DNA from: Rubrobacter sp.
Lineage (GTDB): Bacteria > Actinomycetota > Rubrobacteria > Rubrobacterales > Rubrobacteraceae
Reading direction: 5' to 3'
Assembly (NCBI GenBank): GCA_013812245.1
Contig: JACCTS010000081.1
Coordinates: forward strand, 30-64,029
Length of the DNA: 64,000 nt
Shown one piece after another: positions 1-9,575 of the stretch (positions are counted from its first letter, which is position 1; the number at the start of each line of letters is the position of its first letter). The position numbers were made by a program, and so were the translations under genes. The notes below the pieces were generated by a model. The model was not told where the DNA came from, did not search any database, and worked only from the letters and a program-made list of their open reading frames with translations.

Positions 1-1017
1 GACCGCAACTACGCGGGTTGGGAGGAGATGCTCGAAGCCGAGAGCAACCTCCCCCCGGAGGAGCGCGTGGACTTCGTCAGCGTCGTCACCCCGAATCACC
101 TCCACTTCCCCGTGGCCCACGCCTTCGCCGAAGCGGGCTTCAACGTCGTGTGCGACAAGCCCATGGTCCTCGACTTCGGTCAGGCCCAAAAGCTCGTCGA
201 GACCGTCGAGAGGACCGGCGTCGTCTTCTGCGTCACCTACAACTACACCGGCTACCCGATGGTCAAGCAGGCGCGCCACATAGTCAGCGCGGGAGAACTT
301 GGTGAGATCCGGAAGGTCATCGTCGAGTACAGCCAGAGTTGGCTGGCGACCCGCCTCGAAGATTCCGGCAACAAGCAGGCCGGGTGGAGGACCGATCCCG
401 ACAAGTCCGGCATCGCGGGCGCCGTCGGGGATATCGGCTCGCACGCCGAGAACCTGGTCTCCACCGTGACAGGCCTGGAGATGGAGGCCATCTGCGCCGA
501 CCTCACGACCTTCGTCCCCGGACGTCGCCTCGACGACGATGCAAACCTCCTCATCCACTACCACGGAGGCGCCAGGGGCGTGATGATCTCCTCGCAGATC
601 GCCACCGGCGAGGAGAACGGACTCTCCCTTCGCGTCTACGGTACGGAGGGCGGCCTACGGTGGCGTCAGGAGGAACCGAACCACCTGAGCCACACCCTCC
701 TCGGAGAGCCCGAAAGAATCCTCCGGCGCGGCAATGACTACCTCTGCGAAGAAGCGCAGGCGGCGACGAGGCTGCCCGCCGGCCATCCAGAAGCCTTTAT
801 CGAGGCGTTCGCCAACGTCTACCTGGGCTTCGCAGCGGCCGTCCGGACCCGGCTCGATGGACACCACTCCGAAGATTTCCCGATGGATTTCCCGACCGTC
901 CACGAGGGCGCGCGGGGCGTCCACTTCATCGAGAAGACCGTCGAGAGCGCCCGTAGCGACAAGAAGTGGCTTGACACCGGCCGACCCGCCCCGGAGACGC
1001 AGATCCCGGCCATCTGA
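1..1017 (+). CDS. Gfo/Idh/MocA family oxidoreductase (5' end outside window)
   Basis: Frame 1 is open from base 1 (track ORF 28..1017). The core [28 protein letters not shown] and the C-terminal alpha/beta domain are typical of the family. Confidence 0.85.
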   Translation, partial: DRNYAGWEEMLEAESNLPPEERVDFVSVVTPNHLHFPVAHAFAEAGFNVVCDKPMVLDFGQAQKLVETVERTGVVFCVTYNYTGYPMVKQARHIVSAGELGEIRKVIVEYSQSWLATRLEDSGNKQAGWRTDPDKSGIAGAVGDIGSHAENLVSTVTGLEMEAICADLTTFVPGRRLDDDANLLIHYHGGARGVMISSQIATGEENGLSLRVYGTEGGLRWRQEEPNHLSHTLLGEPERILRRGNDYLCEEAQAATRLPAGHPEAFIEAFANVYLGFAAAVRTRLDGHHSEDFPMDFPTVHEGARGVHFIEKTVESARSDKKWLDTGRPAPETQIPAI

Positions 1018-1055
1018 ACCGGCGGTAGCTCCGGTGGCAACGATATACTCGCCGT

Positions 1056-1610
1056 GTGGCTGAACCCGCCATTTCACACCGGCTGCCGAGTGTCGAAGAG
1101 TATCTGAAGCTCGAAGAATCGGCGACGGTTCGCCACGAGTACGTGGGCGGCACGATCCACGCGATGGTCGAGGCCACCAAGCGGCACAATCGGATCTCCG
1201 GCAACATCTATCGCAGGCTCGCGGACGCGGCATCTGATGGTCCCTGTCGAGTCTACATGGAGACCGTGAAGCTCAGGACGGCGGCAGACACCGTATATTA
1301 CCCGAACGTGATGGTCGCCTGCGGCTCCGAATCGGAAGACCCGTACATGGAGAACGATCCGTGCCTTGCTGTAGAGGTCATATCCCCCGGCACCGAGACG
1401 ACGGACAGGCGTGAAAAGCTCGCAGCTTACAAGCGCATGCCAAACCTCGAAGCGTACCTGATCGTCGCCCAGGACCGGAAGTGGATCGAGCGTCACTTCC
1501 GCGGCGAAGACGGCGTGTGGCGACGCGCCGATCTCGTGGACGAAGGCGAACTACCAATCCCATGCCTGGAAATGAAGCTTTCCCTCGCAGAGATCTACGA
1601 GGGATTGTAG
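1056..1610 (+). CDS. Uma2 (DUF820) family endonuclease
   Basis: 184-aa ORF with a GTG start. The N-terminal SVEEYLKLEE...HEYVGGTIHAM and later PNVMVAC...EVISPGT...D..EKLAAY pattern matches the Uma2 PD-(D/E)xK family. Confidence 0.8.
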   Translation: MAEPAISHRLPSVEEYLKLEESATVRHEYVGGTIHAMVEATKRHNRISGNIYRRLADAASDGPCRVYMETVKLRTAADTVYYPNVMVACGSESEDPYMENDPCLAVEVISPGTETTDRREKLAAYKRMPNLEAYLIVAQDRKWIERHFRGEDGVWRRADLVDEGELPIPCLEMKLSLAEIYEGL

Positions 1611-1618
1611 CTCGCCAA

Positions 1619-2455
1619 TTACCCGCTTCTCTTGAGCTTGCCGGTGCGCTTGGCATAGCTCTCGCCGAGGTGGAAGACGAAGAGCCCGAGCGGCACGAAG
1701 ACGACGCCCATTACCAGAAGGATCAGGATGCTGTCCCAGAGCTGCGCGATGCTCGCGCCATCGAGGAGTGCCGCCCGGATTCCGTCGAGAGCGTAGGTGA
1801 CGGGCGAGAACTTCGCGATGAACTGCATCCACTCTGGGAGCACGCTCACTTTGTAGTAGACGCCGGAGACGAGCAGCAACAGAGACGAGACTATGTAGCT
1901 CACCTGCTGGCCTTTCTCCGGAGAGAGGAGCGGCAACACGGCGGCGACTATCCCGAATCCCACCAGCGAGACGCTCGCGACGCCTAGCACCAGCAAAGCG
2001 CCCGGATAGTTCGCCTTCGAGAGATCCAGATCGAAGAAGAACGAGACGGCGACGAGCATCACCGTGATCTGGGCTATACCGTAGACCACCGCGTAGAAGC
2101 CCATCCCGAGCAGATGCGTGACGCGGCTCGACGGGCTCATGAACGTGTACTCGATTGTCCCTTCCCAGCGCTCCCAGCTAACCGTCTCAGAGAGAACGTC
2201 GAAGAGCACCGAGAGGTAGCTCCAGATCAGGGCTCCCGCGAGCAGAAACGTCATCAGGCGTCCGGTATCGATACCGCTCCCGAACTCCCCAGCACCCTTG
2301 CCGATGTACGTGATCGCCATCGCGTTCGCCGTGATGTACACGATCCACACGATCTCCCACATGAAGTACCGCTTTGTCAAGAAGTAGTTGCGCTGTACAT
2401 AGCCCCACACGGCGATCAGTTCGATCAGCCACCGGGGCTTGAGCATGTTCTGCAT
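1619..2455 (-). CDS. ABC-2 type transporter permease
   Basis: Polytopic membrane protein starting at MQNMLKPRWLIELIAVWGY. Its ATG overlaps the TAA of the upstream ATPase by 1 nt (TAATG). The upstream 67 codons of the track ORF lie inside the ATPase gene and were discarded. Confidence 0.85.
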   Translation of the reverse strand: MQNMLKPRWLIELIAVWGYVQRNYFLTKRYFMWEIVWIVYITANAMAITYIGKGAGEFGSGIDTGRLMTFLLAGALIWSYLSVLFDVLSETVSWERWEGTIEYTFMSPSSRVTHLLGMGFYAVVYGIAQITVMLVAVSFFFDLDLSKANYPGALLVLGVASVSLVGFGIVAAVLPLLSPEKGQQVSYIVSSLLLLVSGVYYKVSVLPEWMQFIAKFSPVTYALDGIRAALLDGASIAQLWDSILILLVMGVVFVPLGLFVFHLGESYAKRTGKLKRSG

Positions 2456-3243
2456 TATTCCTCTCCTTCCGCCGATGCCTCTTCGACGGAGTATCCGGTC
2501 GCCGCCATGAACGTCTCTTCGAGGCTCGGGACTTTCCCGTTGCTTGCATAGCGGCGCTTGAGTTCTTCCGGCTTTTCGAGGGCCAGTATCTTTCCGTCCA
2601 TCATGATGCCGACGCGGTCGCACAGTTCCTCCGCTTCGTCCATGTCGTGAGTACACAACAGGATCGAAGAGTCGTGCGCCTCCCGTATTCTGCGGATAAA
2701 CGCCTGCACGTCCTTCTTGCTCCTAGGATCCAGGCCCGTCGTCGGCTCGTCGAGGAGCATCAGGACCGGGCTGGTCAACAGCGCCCTCGCGAGCGCGATC
2801 TTCTGCTGCATACCCCGGCTGAGGTGCTCCATTGGCTCCAGCGCCCGCTTCTGCGCGAAGCCAATGTTCTCCAGGATCTCCTTTATCCTCGGGCGCGCCT
2901 CGCGGCTGGTGACGCCGTAGAGCTTGGCACCGTAGAGCAGATTTTCCATCGCCGAGAGCTTCTTGAAGAAGCTGGCCTCGACGCTCACCCGGTTCATGCC
3001 GCGCTGCACCTTCTTGGGATGCCTGACGGCGTCCACGCCGAAGACCTCGACCGTTCCCGAGTCGGGGGCCACGAGCGTGGAGATCACACGCACCAGCGTG
3101 CTCTTGCCCGAGCCGTTTGGCCCGAGGATGCCGACCACCTCACCCCGCTCCACCGCGAGCGAGACGGAGGCCAGGGCGCGCACAACCTCGCCCCGGCGTT
3201 TCTTGAAGCTCTTCTGGACTTCTCTAAGTTCCAATGCGTTCAT
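2455..3243 (-). CDS. ABC transporter ATP-binding protein
   Basis: Walker A GPNGSGKST, signature LSRGMQQK, Walker B LMLLDEPTTGLD. Confidence 0.92.
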   Translation of the reverse strand: MNALELREVQKSFKKRRGEVVRALASVSLAVERGEVVGILGPNGSGKSTLVRVISTLVAPDSGTVEVFGVDAVRHPKKVQRGMNRVSVEASFFKKLSAMENLLYGAKLYGVTSREARPRIKEILENIGFAQKRALEPMEHLSRGMQQKIALARALLTSPVLMLLDEPTTGLDPRSKKDVQAFIRRIREAHDSSILLCTHDMDEAEELCDRVGIMMDGKILALEKPEELKRRYASNGKVPSLEETFMAATGYSVEEASAEGEE

Positions 3244-3286
3244 CTTGGATCACCTCTTTCCTCAAATCCCGAGAGGGGCGCCCGTC

Positions 3287-3508
3287 TTACAGACGCCCCC
3301 GGGCTTCTAGCCTCTCCCAGACCACACGCCAGGTCTCTTCTCTCTCGGCGGCGACCGCCAGGTCGAAGAGCCTGCGCGCCATCCGGGCGCGTAGCGATTG
3401 CTCCCGTTCGGGACGGGCGTATCGTCGGCGCTCGGCCATCCGCTCGGCGAGATCCAACTCGCGGGCAGGCCGATCTTGCAGGGCCAGATAGTGGTAGTCG
3501 TTGAACAT
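3287..3508 (-). CDS. hypothetical small protein (73 aa) heading the ABC-2 operon
   Basis: Internal ATG (MFNDYHYLALQ...) is preceded by GAGGAG. Charged helical sequence with no recognised family. Confidence 0.45.
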   Translation of the reverse strand: MFNDYHYLALQDRPARELDLAERMAERRRYARPEREQSLRARMARRLFDLAVAAEREETWRVVWERLEARGRL

Positions 3509-3613
3509 GTCGGTCTCCTCTTCTCTCTCCGTCGCGTGGACTCCTGGCGATGCCTGATAGTCCGTGGTGGGGATCGGAGACCGATGTTTAGCCTGCCGGC
3601 TCGCCTCTCGGCG

Positions 3614-3649
3614 CAAAACTTTGGCCCCCGTTCCGGTTGTCCGGGGGCC
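3614..3649 (-). terminator. intrinsic terminator-like hairpin (possible attenuator)
   Basis: Minus strand reads GGCCCCCGG-ACAACCGGAA-CGGGGGCC followed by AAAGTTTTG. It lies between the small ORF and the ABC-2 operon. Confidence 0.5.
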
Positions 3650-3678
3650 TCTCTGAGAAACTGGTGTAAGCTAAATAC

Positions 3679-3792
3679 TCAGTATCTCGTCGTGACCTCG
3701 CGGACCTCGGGACGCACCTCTCCCCCGAACACCGGAGTTCCGGCACCCGTGATACGGACCCTCATCCCCATGTCGGTGTGAAAGATCTGCAT
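3679..3792 (-). CDS. candidate 37-aa leader/small ORF
   Basis: ATG preceded by GAAAGGACCGAAGG. Translates to MQIFHTDMGMRVRITGAGTPVFGGEVRPEVREVTTRY. It sits between a consensus-like promoter and a terminator hairpin. No homology recognised. Confidence 0.25.
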   Translation of the reverse strand: MQIFHTDMGMRVRITGAGTPVFGGEVRPEVREVTTRY

Positions 3793-3833
3793 CTAGCCTT
3801 CGGTCCTTTCACGACGATTACAACAGCGCAGGT

Positions 3834-3862
3834 ACTCTACGCCCCAGCCAAATTCTTGTCAA
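3834..3862 (-). promoter_or_regulatory. sigma-70-like promoter
   Basis: Minus strand has TTGACA, a 17-nt spacer, then TAGAGT, in an AT-richer spacer just downstream of the yidC terminator hairpin. Confidence 0.45.
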
Positions 3863-3925
3863 CACCTTTACTTAATTTTTCTTAACTTTTACGGTGGACC
3901 TCTCCGGGGCCGGCTTTCGGGGCCG

Positions 3926-4720
3926 CTACCTTTTCTTCTTTCGCTTCCTGCGGCGTCGAGAGGCTTTCGCCTTCTGGTTCGACGTGCCGTTCGTCTGCCC
4001 GGAGCTATCCTGGGAACGGGTTTCTTCCGGGGGCTTCGATGGTGTGATGGGCTCCGCGGGATCGGTCACCGGGCGGCCCTGTCCGGGGCGGTAGATCAGG
4101 AGGTTCTGGACGAGGGTGAAGGTGTTCGAGGTGATCCAGTAGACGAACAGGCCAGCGGGGAATCGGGCTATGAAAACCGTGAACACCAGGGGCAGGAAAC
4201 GCATCATCCTCTTCTGGGCGGGGTTGACGTTCTTCGAGGAGACCTCCCCGGCCAGGACCATTATCGAGGCAGAGACGACCGGTAGGATGAAGTAAGGGTC
4301 CGCCGCGGTGAGGTTGGTAAACCAGAGGAGACCGCCCGAGTCGAAGCCCCGCAAGGTCTCCTCGAAGTGCCGGATCACCCGGTACATCGTTATGAACACA
4401 GGCATCTGCACCAGCAGGGGCAGGAAACCGGCCAGAGGGTTCATCCGGCGCTCTTTGTAGAGTTCCATTATGGCTTCCTGCTGCTTCTGCCGGTTGTCTT
4501 TGTGCCTGCGCCGGATCTCATCCATCTCCGGCTTCAGTTCCTGCATGGCCCTCGCGTTCTTGACCTGCTTGACGGTGAGCGGGAACAGAAACCCGCGCAC
4601 CACCAGCGTCAGCAGGACGATGGAGAGCCACCATGGTGCGCCCAGAGTGTGGAACGCCTCCAACGCACCGCCCATAAGGTTGGTCAACGGGGCGAAGAGG
4701 TTGCCGAGGAAATCCGTCAC
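3926..4720 (-). CDS. yidC: YidC/Oxa1 family membrane protein insertase
   Basis: LSIVLLTLVVRGFLFPLTVKQ...MQELKPEMDEI...KQQEAIMELYKERRMNPLAGFLPLLVQMPVFI is the canonical YidC core. Basic C-terminal tail. Confidence 0.9.
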   Translation of the reverse strand: MTDFLGNLFAPLTNLMGGALEAFHTLGAPWWLSIVLLTLVVRGFLFPLTVKQVKNARAMQELKPEMDEIRRRHKDNRQKQQEAIMELYKERRMNPLAGFLPLLVQMPVFITMYRVIRHFEETLRGFDSGGLLWFTNLTAADPYFILPVVSASIMVLAGEVSSKNVNPAQKRMMRFLPLVFTVFIARFPAGLFVYWITSNTFTLVQNLLIYRPGQGRPVTDPAEPITPSKPPEETRSQDSSGQTNGTSNQKAKASRRRRKRKKKR

Positions 4721-4861
4721 GTAGTATCTCCGATCTTACTTCCGTTCACGGGTGGCGGCGCGCATCCCAACCCGCGCCGCCATCCAGGTAAAGATTCAAG
4801 CGGAGGCCGGTTCGACCTCCGCGAAGCCTATACGCTGTTCTTTCGTCCACGCACCCTAAGG

Positions 4862-5170
4862 TCAGCGGGATTCACGCCGGGGACGAGCAACCGGGGCCAG
4901 TTCCCCGCTCTCGAACAGCCGGTGAAGGCTCTCCCGATCCTCGTGGATGAGCCTGGGATCCTGGATGATCCCGTCTATCTCTTCCTGGGTACAGTTGCGG
5001 CGCACGTACTCATCCTGGAGCACATCCTCAAGATGCGCGCCCTGACAGAGGCGATGGCCGATATACTCCCTTACCCGTTCCCCACGCGGGGTGTGTCCGG
5101 AACCGCTAAAGAGGTTTCCGAATATTCTCTCGAAGACCGGCTCACGCGCCGGCCCGTCTATTCCGGTCAT
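4862..5170 (-). CDS. hypothetical protein
   Basis: 102-aa ORF with protein-like composition, followed by a hairpin (GCGGAGG..CCTCCGC). No family recognised. Confidence 0.4.
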   Translation of the reverse strand: MTGIDGPAREPVFERIFGNLFSGSGHTPRGERVREYIGHRLCQGAHLEDVLQDEYVRRNCTQEEIDGIIQDPRLIHEDRESLHRLFESGELAPVARPRRESR

Positions 5171-5242
5171 CAGGCTTTTCCTTTCCGTGTCCCGAGTTTG
5201 CTTCCCTTCCTGGCTCCTCCTCCGGGAGGAGCGGGAAGCGTC

Positions 5243-5689
5243 TCAGAGGAGAAACACCGAAAGGCGCGAAGCAGAAGGTTGTCTCGGCAAACAACAAGTG
5301 ACCGAGGCCAGCCGTCGCCCGGGGAGCACCAACGCATCGTCCCTGCGCCACATCCGCCCCCCGTACAGCAGCCCGAGAGCGGCCCCGAAGAAAACCATCA
5401 GCAGCAGCGCGGTCAAATTCTCCGCGTTCACCGGCCCTTCATCAGAAGACTCGGCTTCCTCCAGAAACGCAGGCAGATTACCTCCGGCCTGCGTGAGACC
5501 GCCGGAGGATCCCGTACTACTATCGGCGTGAGACGAGTCTTCCGTTGCGAGAGACGCGAGGGCGCCCCCTGGTGTGATCCCCGCGAACTGATGCGCGCAG
5601 AGGAGAACCACGAAGCACAGCAAGAAGGCCGCCACAAGCGGTGCCACACGAGTTTTCTCCGCAAGGTGCGCCGGTTTCATAGCCAGCAT
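5243..5689 (-). CDS. hypothetical membrane protein
   Basis: Has an N-terminal TM (VAPLVAAFLLCFVVLLCA), a Ser/acidic linker and a second TM (LTALLLMVFFGAALGLLYGG). Confidence 0.35.
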   Translation of the reverse strand: MLAMKPAHLAEKTRVAPLVAAFLLCFVVLLCAHQFAGITPGGALASLATEDSSHADSSTGSSGGLTQAGGNLPAFLEEAESSDEGPVNAENLTALLLMVFFGAALGLLYGGRMWRRDDALVLPGRRLASVTCCLPRQPSASRLSVFLL

Positions 5690-5775
5690 CGTAACATCTA
5701 TTCTTGCTCTGGTATCTCTCGGTTTTCCTCTGGCTGGTCGTCTTCCTAACTTTGCCCCGTTTCAGGGTAGCGCGC

Positions 5776-6240
5776 CTACTTCGCGGTCAGGTTCAGTTCG
5801 CTCGTTATTTCGATGCTGTCCCGCACCGAACGCGCCACGGGGCAGCTGTCCGCGTACACGCCGAGCACCCGCTCGATGGTCTCACGGTCTTCTTCGGAGG
5901 CGGTGAGGTGGAAGATCTGCTTGATGCGTTTGATCACCAGCACCTTGCTCTCGACCTCTATCTCTCCCACCGTGTCGGCGTGGAGGCTATCGAAAGAAAC
6001 CTGACGCGCTGCCAGCGCGCCCGCAAAGGTGCCGAGCAGTCAGCCGCCGGCCGCCGCGATCACGTAGTCCAGCGTGGTGTCGTAGGGTTCCACCTGTTCC
6101 GGCGAGACGCCGTAGTGCTCGGCCACCTCGCTGTGGACCCCGAAGAGTACCGGCTCTTCCTGGACGGGGAGATACGCGCGGCGGATCTTGCCCTCCACCA
6201 GCTCGACCTTGACCCGCGAGACGTACTTGACCTCGGTCAT
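5776..6240 (-). CDS. OsmC/Ohr-family peroxiredoxin with an in-frame TGA (6040-6042) at the peroxidatic Cys position; either a candidate selenoprotein or a nonsense pseudogene
   Basis: Track ORFs 6040..6240 and 5776..5970 share one frame. Read-through gives DYVIAAAGG-[TGA]-LLGTFAGALAARQ...VYADSCPVARSV, a complete 154-codon OsmC fold with the second conserved Cys intact. RBS GGAAGGAG precedes the ATG at 6240. Confidence 0.6.
6003..6021 (-). promoter_or_regulatory. candidate bacterial SECIS-like hairpin
   Basis: mRNA nt 22-40 after the UGA read GGCGCGCU-GGC-AGCGCGUC. This gives a 7-8 bp GC stem with a G-containing apical loop about 29 nt downstream of the UGA. Confidence 0.3.
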
Positions 6241-6258
6241 CTCTGGTTGCTCCTTCCG

Positions 6259-6858
6259 CTACCGCGCCAGCGCATGGTACTCCTCGTTGGGGATCATGCC
6301 GCACGCCAGCGACATGCGGTTGGTGAAGTTGTACATGCTGGCGATCTCGACCACGTCCCAGACCTCTTCCTCCGTCAGGCCGAAGCTCTTGAGATGCGCG
6401 AGGTCTTCGGCTGAGCATTCGAGAGGCTTTTCCGTAATCTTTGCGGCGAAGTCCAGGATGGCGGTGCGGCGCTCGTCGAGGCCGGCGCGGCGATGGTCGA
6501 GGGTGATTCTGTCGGCCAGGATGGGGTCTCCGAGGGCTTCGCGCAGGGCGGCGCCATGGGCGACCAGGCAGTAAAGGCAGCCGTTCTTCATGGAGACTAC
6601 GACCGCGATCATCTCGCGCTCCGCCCCGTCAAGGTTCTCCGTCTCCTCGTGGAGCTGGCGGTAGTGGGAGAACCACGCCCTGAGCCTGTCCGGCCTGAAG
6701 GAGTAAGCCCGGAAAACATTCGGGACGAACCCGATCTTCTCCCGCGCCTTACTGAAGAGCCCCTGCAAATCCTCGGGCAGCTCCGCCTCGTCAGGGATGG
6801 GGAACCAGCTCACTGGCACGCCGCTCCCCTTGCGCGAAATGTGCTCCACGTCGGTCAT
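6259..6858 (-). CDS. peroxidase-related enzyme, AhpD-like / carboxymuconolactone decarboxylase family
   Basis: CxxC motif in [16 protein letters not shown]. Length and N-terminal extension are typical of the uncharacterised peroxidase-related subgroup. RBS GAGGAG. Confidence 0.85.
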   Translation of the reverse strand: MTDVEHISRKGSGVPVSWFPIPDEAELPEDLQGLFSKAREKIGFVPNVFRAYSFRPDRLRAWFSHYRQLHEETENLDGAEREMIAVVVSMKNGCLYCLVAHGAALREALGDPILADRITLDHRRAGLDERRTAILDFAAKITEKPLECSAEDLAHLKSFGLTEEEVWDVVEIASMYNFTNRMSLACGMIPNEEYHALAR

Positions 6859-6870
6859 CGGTGCTCCTCT

Positions 6871-7860
<990 letters not shown>

Positions 7861-7938
7861 CGAACTCTCCTTCCGTCTATCTCGTAGAAAAACCTTCTCC
7901 ACCGGCTGAGTTTACATTACGCCCCGGCCTCGCAGGGG

Positions 7939-8352
7939 CTATGCGTGCTCGAAGACGATATCCTTCGCACCCTCCCACAGGACCATCTCGCCGAGGGGCC
8001 GCAGGTTCTCGCGGCCCTCGGTGATGGTAAGGAAGTGGTTTCCGGCGAGCTGGCCGACTATGCTGGCGAAACGGGTGCCGCCATAGGGAAAGAGGATCTC
8101 GGTCTCCGAGTAGCCTCCGGGGTAGAGCAGAATCTCACCCGGAGCAGGGAAACTGGTGTGGTTCTCGAAGCCCACGCCCACCTTGAAGTTCCCGAGCGGG
8201 ACCCAGGCCGACTCCCCGCTCCAGCGGCCGTGGATGATCCTGTTCCGGAACGGCAACAACCCCTCGAAGAACCCGCACGTCTCCGGCGCATTTTCTCGCT
8301 CCCATCGCGCCCCGAACTCGTATGGCCCCACCGTGATGCGAAGGTCGTTCAT
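7939..8352 (-). CDS. DUF3830 (cyclophilin-like) family protein
   Basis: ITVGPYEFGARWERENAPETCGFFEGLLPFRNRIIHGRWSGESAWVPLG resembles DUF3830 proteins. There is an ATGA overlap with the allC-like gene. Confidence 0.7.
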   Translation of the reverse strand: MNDLRITVGPYEFGARWERENAPETCGFFEGLLPFRNRIIHGRWSGESAWVPLGNFKVGVGFENHTSFPAPGEILLYPGGYSETEILFPYGGTRFASIVGQLAGNHFLTITEGRENLRPLGEMVLWEGAKDIVFEHA

Positions 8353-9575
8353 CGTCCTCTCCTCTCGTCCGCGACGAGCCCGAGGAAGCGGTCCATCACG
8401 TCTATCGTCACCGCCACATCCTCTTCTTCGACCGATTCAGCCGGATTATGACTGACCCCGCCCTCGCAACGCACGAACAGCATGGCGACGGGGCACACCA
8501 CCGCCATCTGGGCGGCGTCGTGGCCCGCGCCGCTCGGCAACCGCAGCGCCTCCAATCCCGCCTCTTCGATGGCGCAGGAGAGCAGCGCAACGAGGTGTTG
8601 GTCTGCCGGAACAGCCACGCTCTCCTGGCGCACCTGCCAGCGGAGTTCGCACCCCCGGCCCTCCGCTATCTCACCGGCCCGCCCTTCGAGATGGTCACGC
8701 AATCGCCCGCGGACTTCATCGTCTCCGTGGCGGATATCCAGCGAGAGATCCACATTACCGGGGATCACGTTGCCCGCGCCGGGACGTACAGACATCTCCC
8801 CAACCGTCGCCACCGAACCCGGTTCCGCCCTGGCGGCAGCCTCCGCTTCGAGAACCAGCTCGGCGGCGGCGCACAGGGCGTCTTTTCTGCCCTCCATCGG
8901 CACGGTTCCGGCGTGTCCGGCGCTTCCGGAGAAGCCGGCCTGCACGCGGCTGAGACCCGTTATGGCCGAGACCCCGCCGACGGGGAGATCCCGCTCCTCC
9001 AGCACCGGACCCTGCTCTATATGCACCTCGCAGTACCCGATGGCATTCTCCGGCGCGGAGTTTGTACCGGCCAGAGATTCCGGATCTCCGGCGAAAGTGC
9101 GAACCGCGTCAGCCAGCGTCACGCCGTTCCGATCTTCGAGTTCCAAGAGCTTCGCGTCGAAGGCCCCAGCGTAATGCGAGCTGCCGAGGTAGGTCGTGCC
9201 GAACCGGAGCCCTTCTTCATCGGCGAAGGCAGCGACCTCGACGGCGAAGGGCAGCCTCTCGTCCCGGTCGTGCAGCCGCTCCACGCAGGCGAGGGCAGTG
9301 AGAACACCGAGCGGGCCGTCGTATTTTCCGGCGTCGCGCACGGTGTCGAGGTGGGAGCCGAGGACGAAAGTCCCCTCCCCCGTTCCCTCGTAACGGCCGA
9401 TCAGGTTGCCGATGGCGTCCGTCCGAACACCCATCCCGGCCCCGCGCATCCAACCGGCGACCGTCTCGTTGACCTCCCGCATGGCGTCCGAGCCGTAGGG
9501 ACGAACCAGGAATCCCTGCTCCTCACTTATCCTCGCAAGGGCATCGCATCTCTCCATAACGTTAGCCCCATCCAT
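8349..9575 (-). CDS. allC: allantoate amidohydrolase / M20-family Zn-dependent carbamoyl-amidohydrolase
   Basis: Amidase-hydantoinase-carbamoylase family pattern (RPYGSDAMREV...DAIGNLIGRYEG...GSHLDTV...GPLGVL...HIEQGPVLE...GAGHDA). Confidence 0.85.
   Translation of the reverse strand: MDGANVMERCDALARISEEQGFLVRPYGSDAMREVNETVAGWMRGAGMGVRTDAIGNLIGRYEGTGEGTFVLGSHLDTVRDAGKYDGPLGVLTALACVERLHDRDERLPFAVEVAAFADEEGLRFGTTYLGSSHYAGAFDAKLLELEDRNGVTLADAVRTFAGDPESLAGTNSAPENAIGYCEVHIEQGPVLEERDLPVGGVSAITGLSRVQAGFSGSAGHAGTVPMEGRKDALCAAAELVLEAEAAARAEPGSVATVGEMSVRPGAGNVIPGNVDLSLDIRHGDDEVRGRLRDHLEGRAGEIAEGRGCELRWQVRQESVAVPADQHLVALLSCAIEEAGLEALRLPSGAGHDAAQMAVVCPVAMLFVRCEGGVSHNPAESVEEEDVAVTIDVMDRFLGLVADERRGR

Noticed and set aside
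4790-4835. tRNA-like T-arm (GCGGAGGCCGGTTCGACCTCCGC).
   Set aside because: The loop is 9 nt and there is no matching acceptor stem, D arm or anticodon arm upstream. It is better explained as the terminator hairpin of the 4862..5170 gene.
4367-5749. Very long ORFs antisense to, or out of frame with, recognisable genes. Examples: 4367..5749, 8448..9632, 12604..14205, 21812..22600, 34515..36830, 41007..42503, 42701..43831, 53018..54871, 56630..58111.
   Set aside because: They are Arg/Gly/Pro/His-rich, carry no recognisable motifs, and each overlaps a gene with clear family signatures. This is expected from stop-codon depletion in 65% GC DNA.
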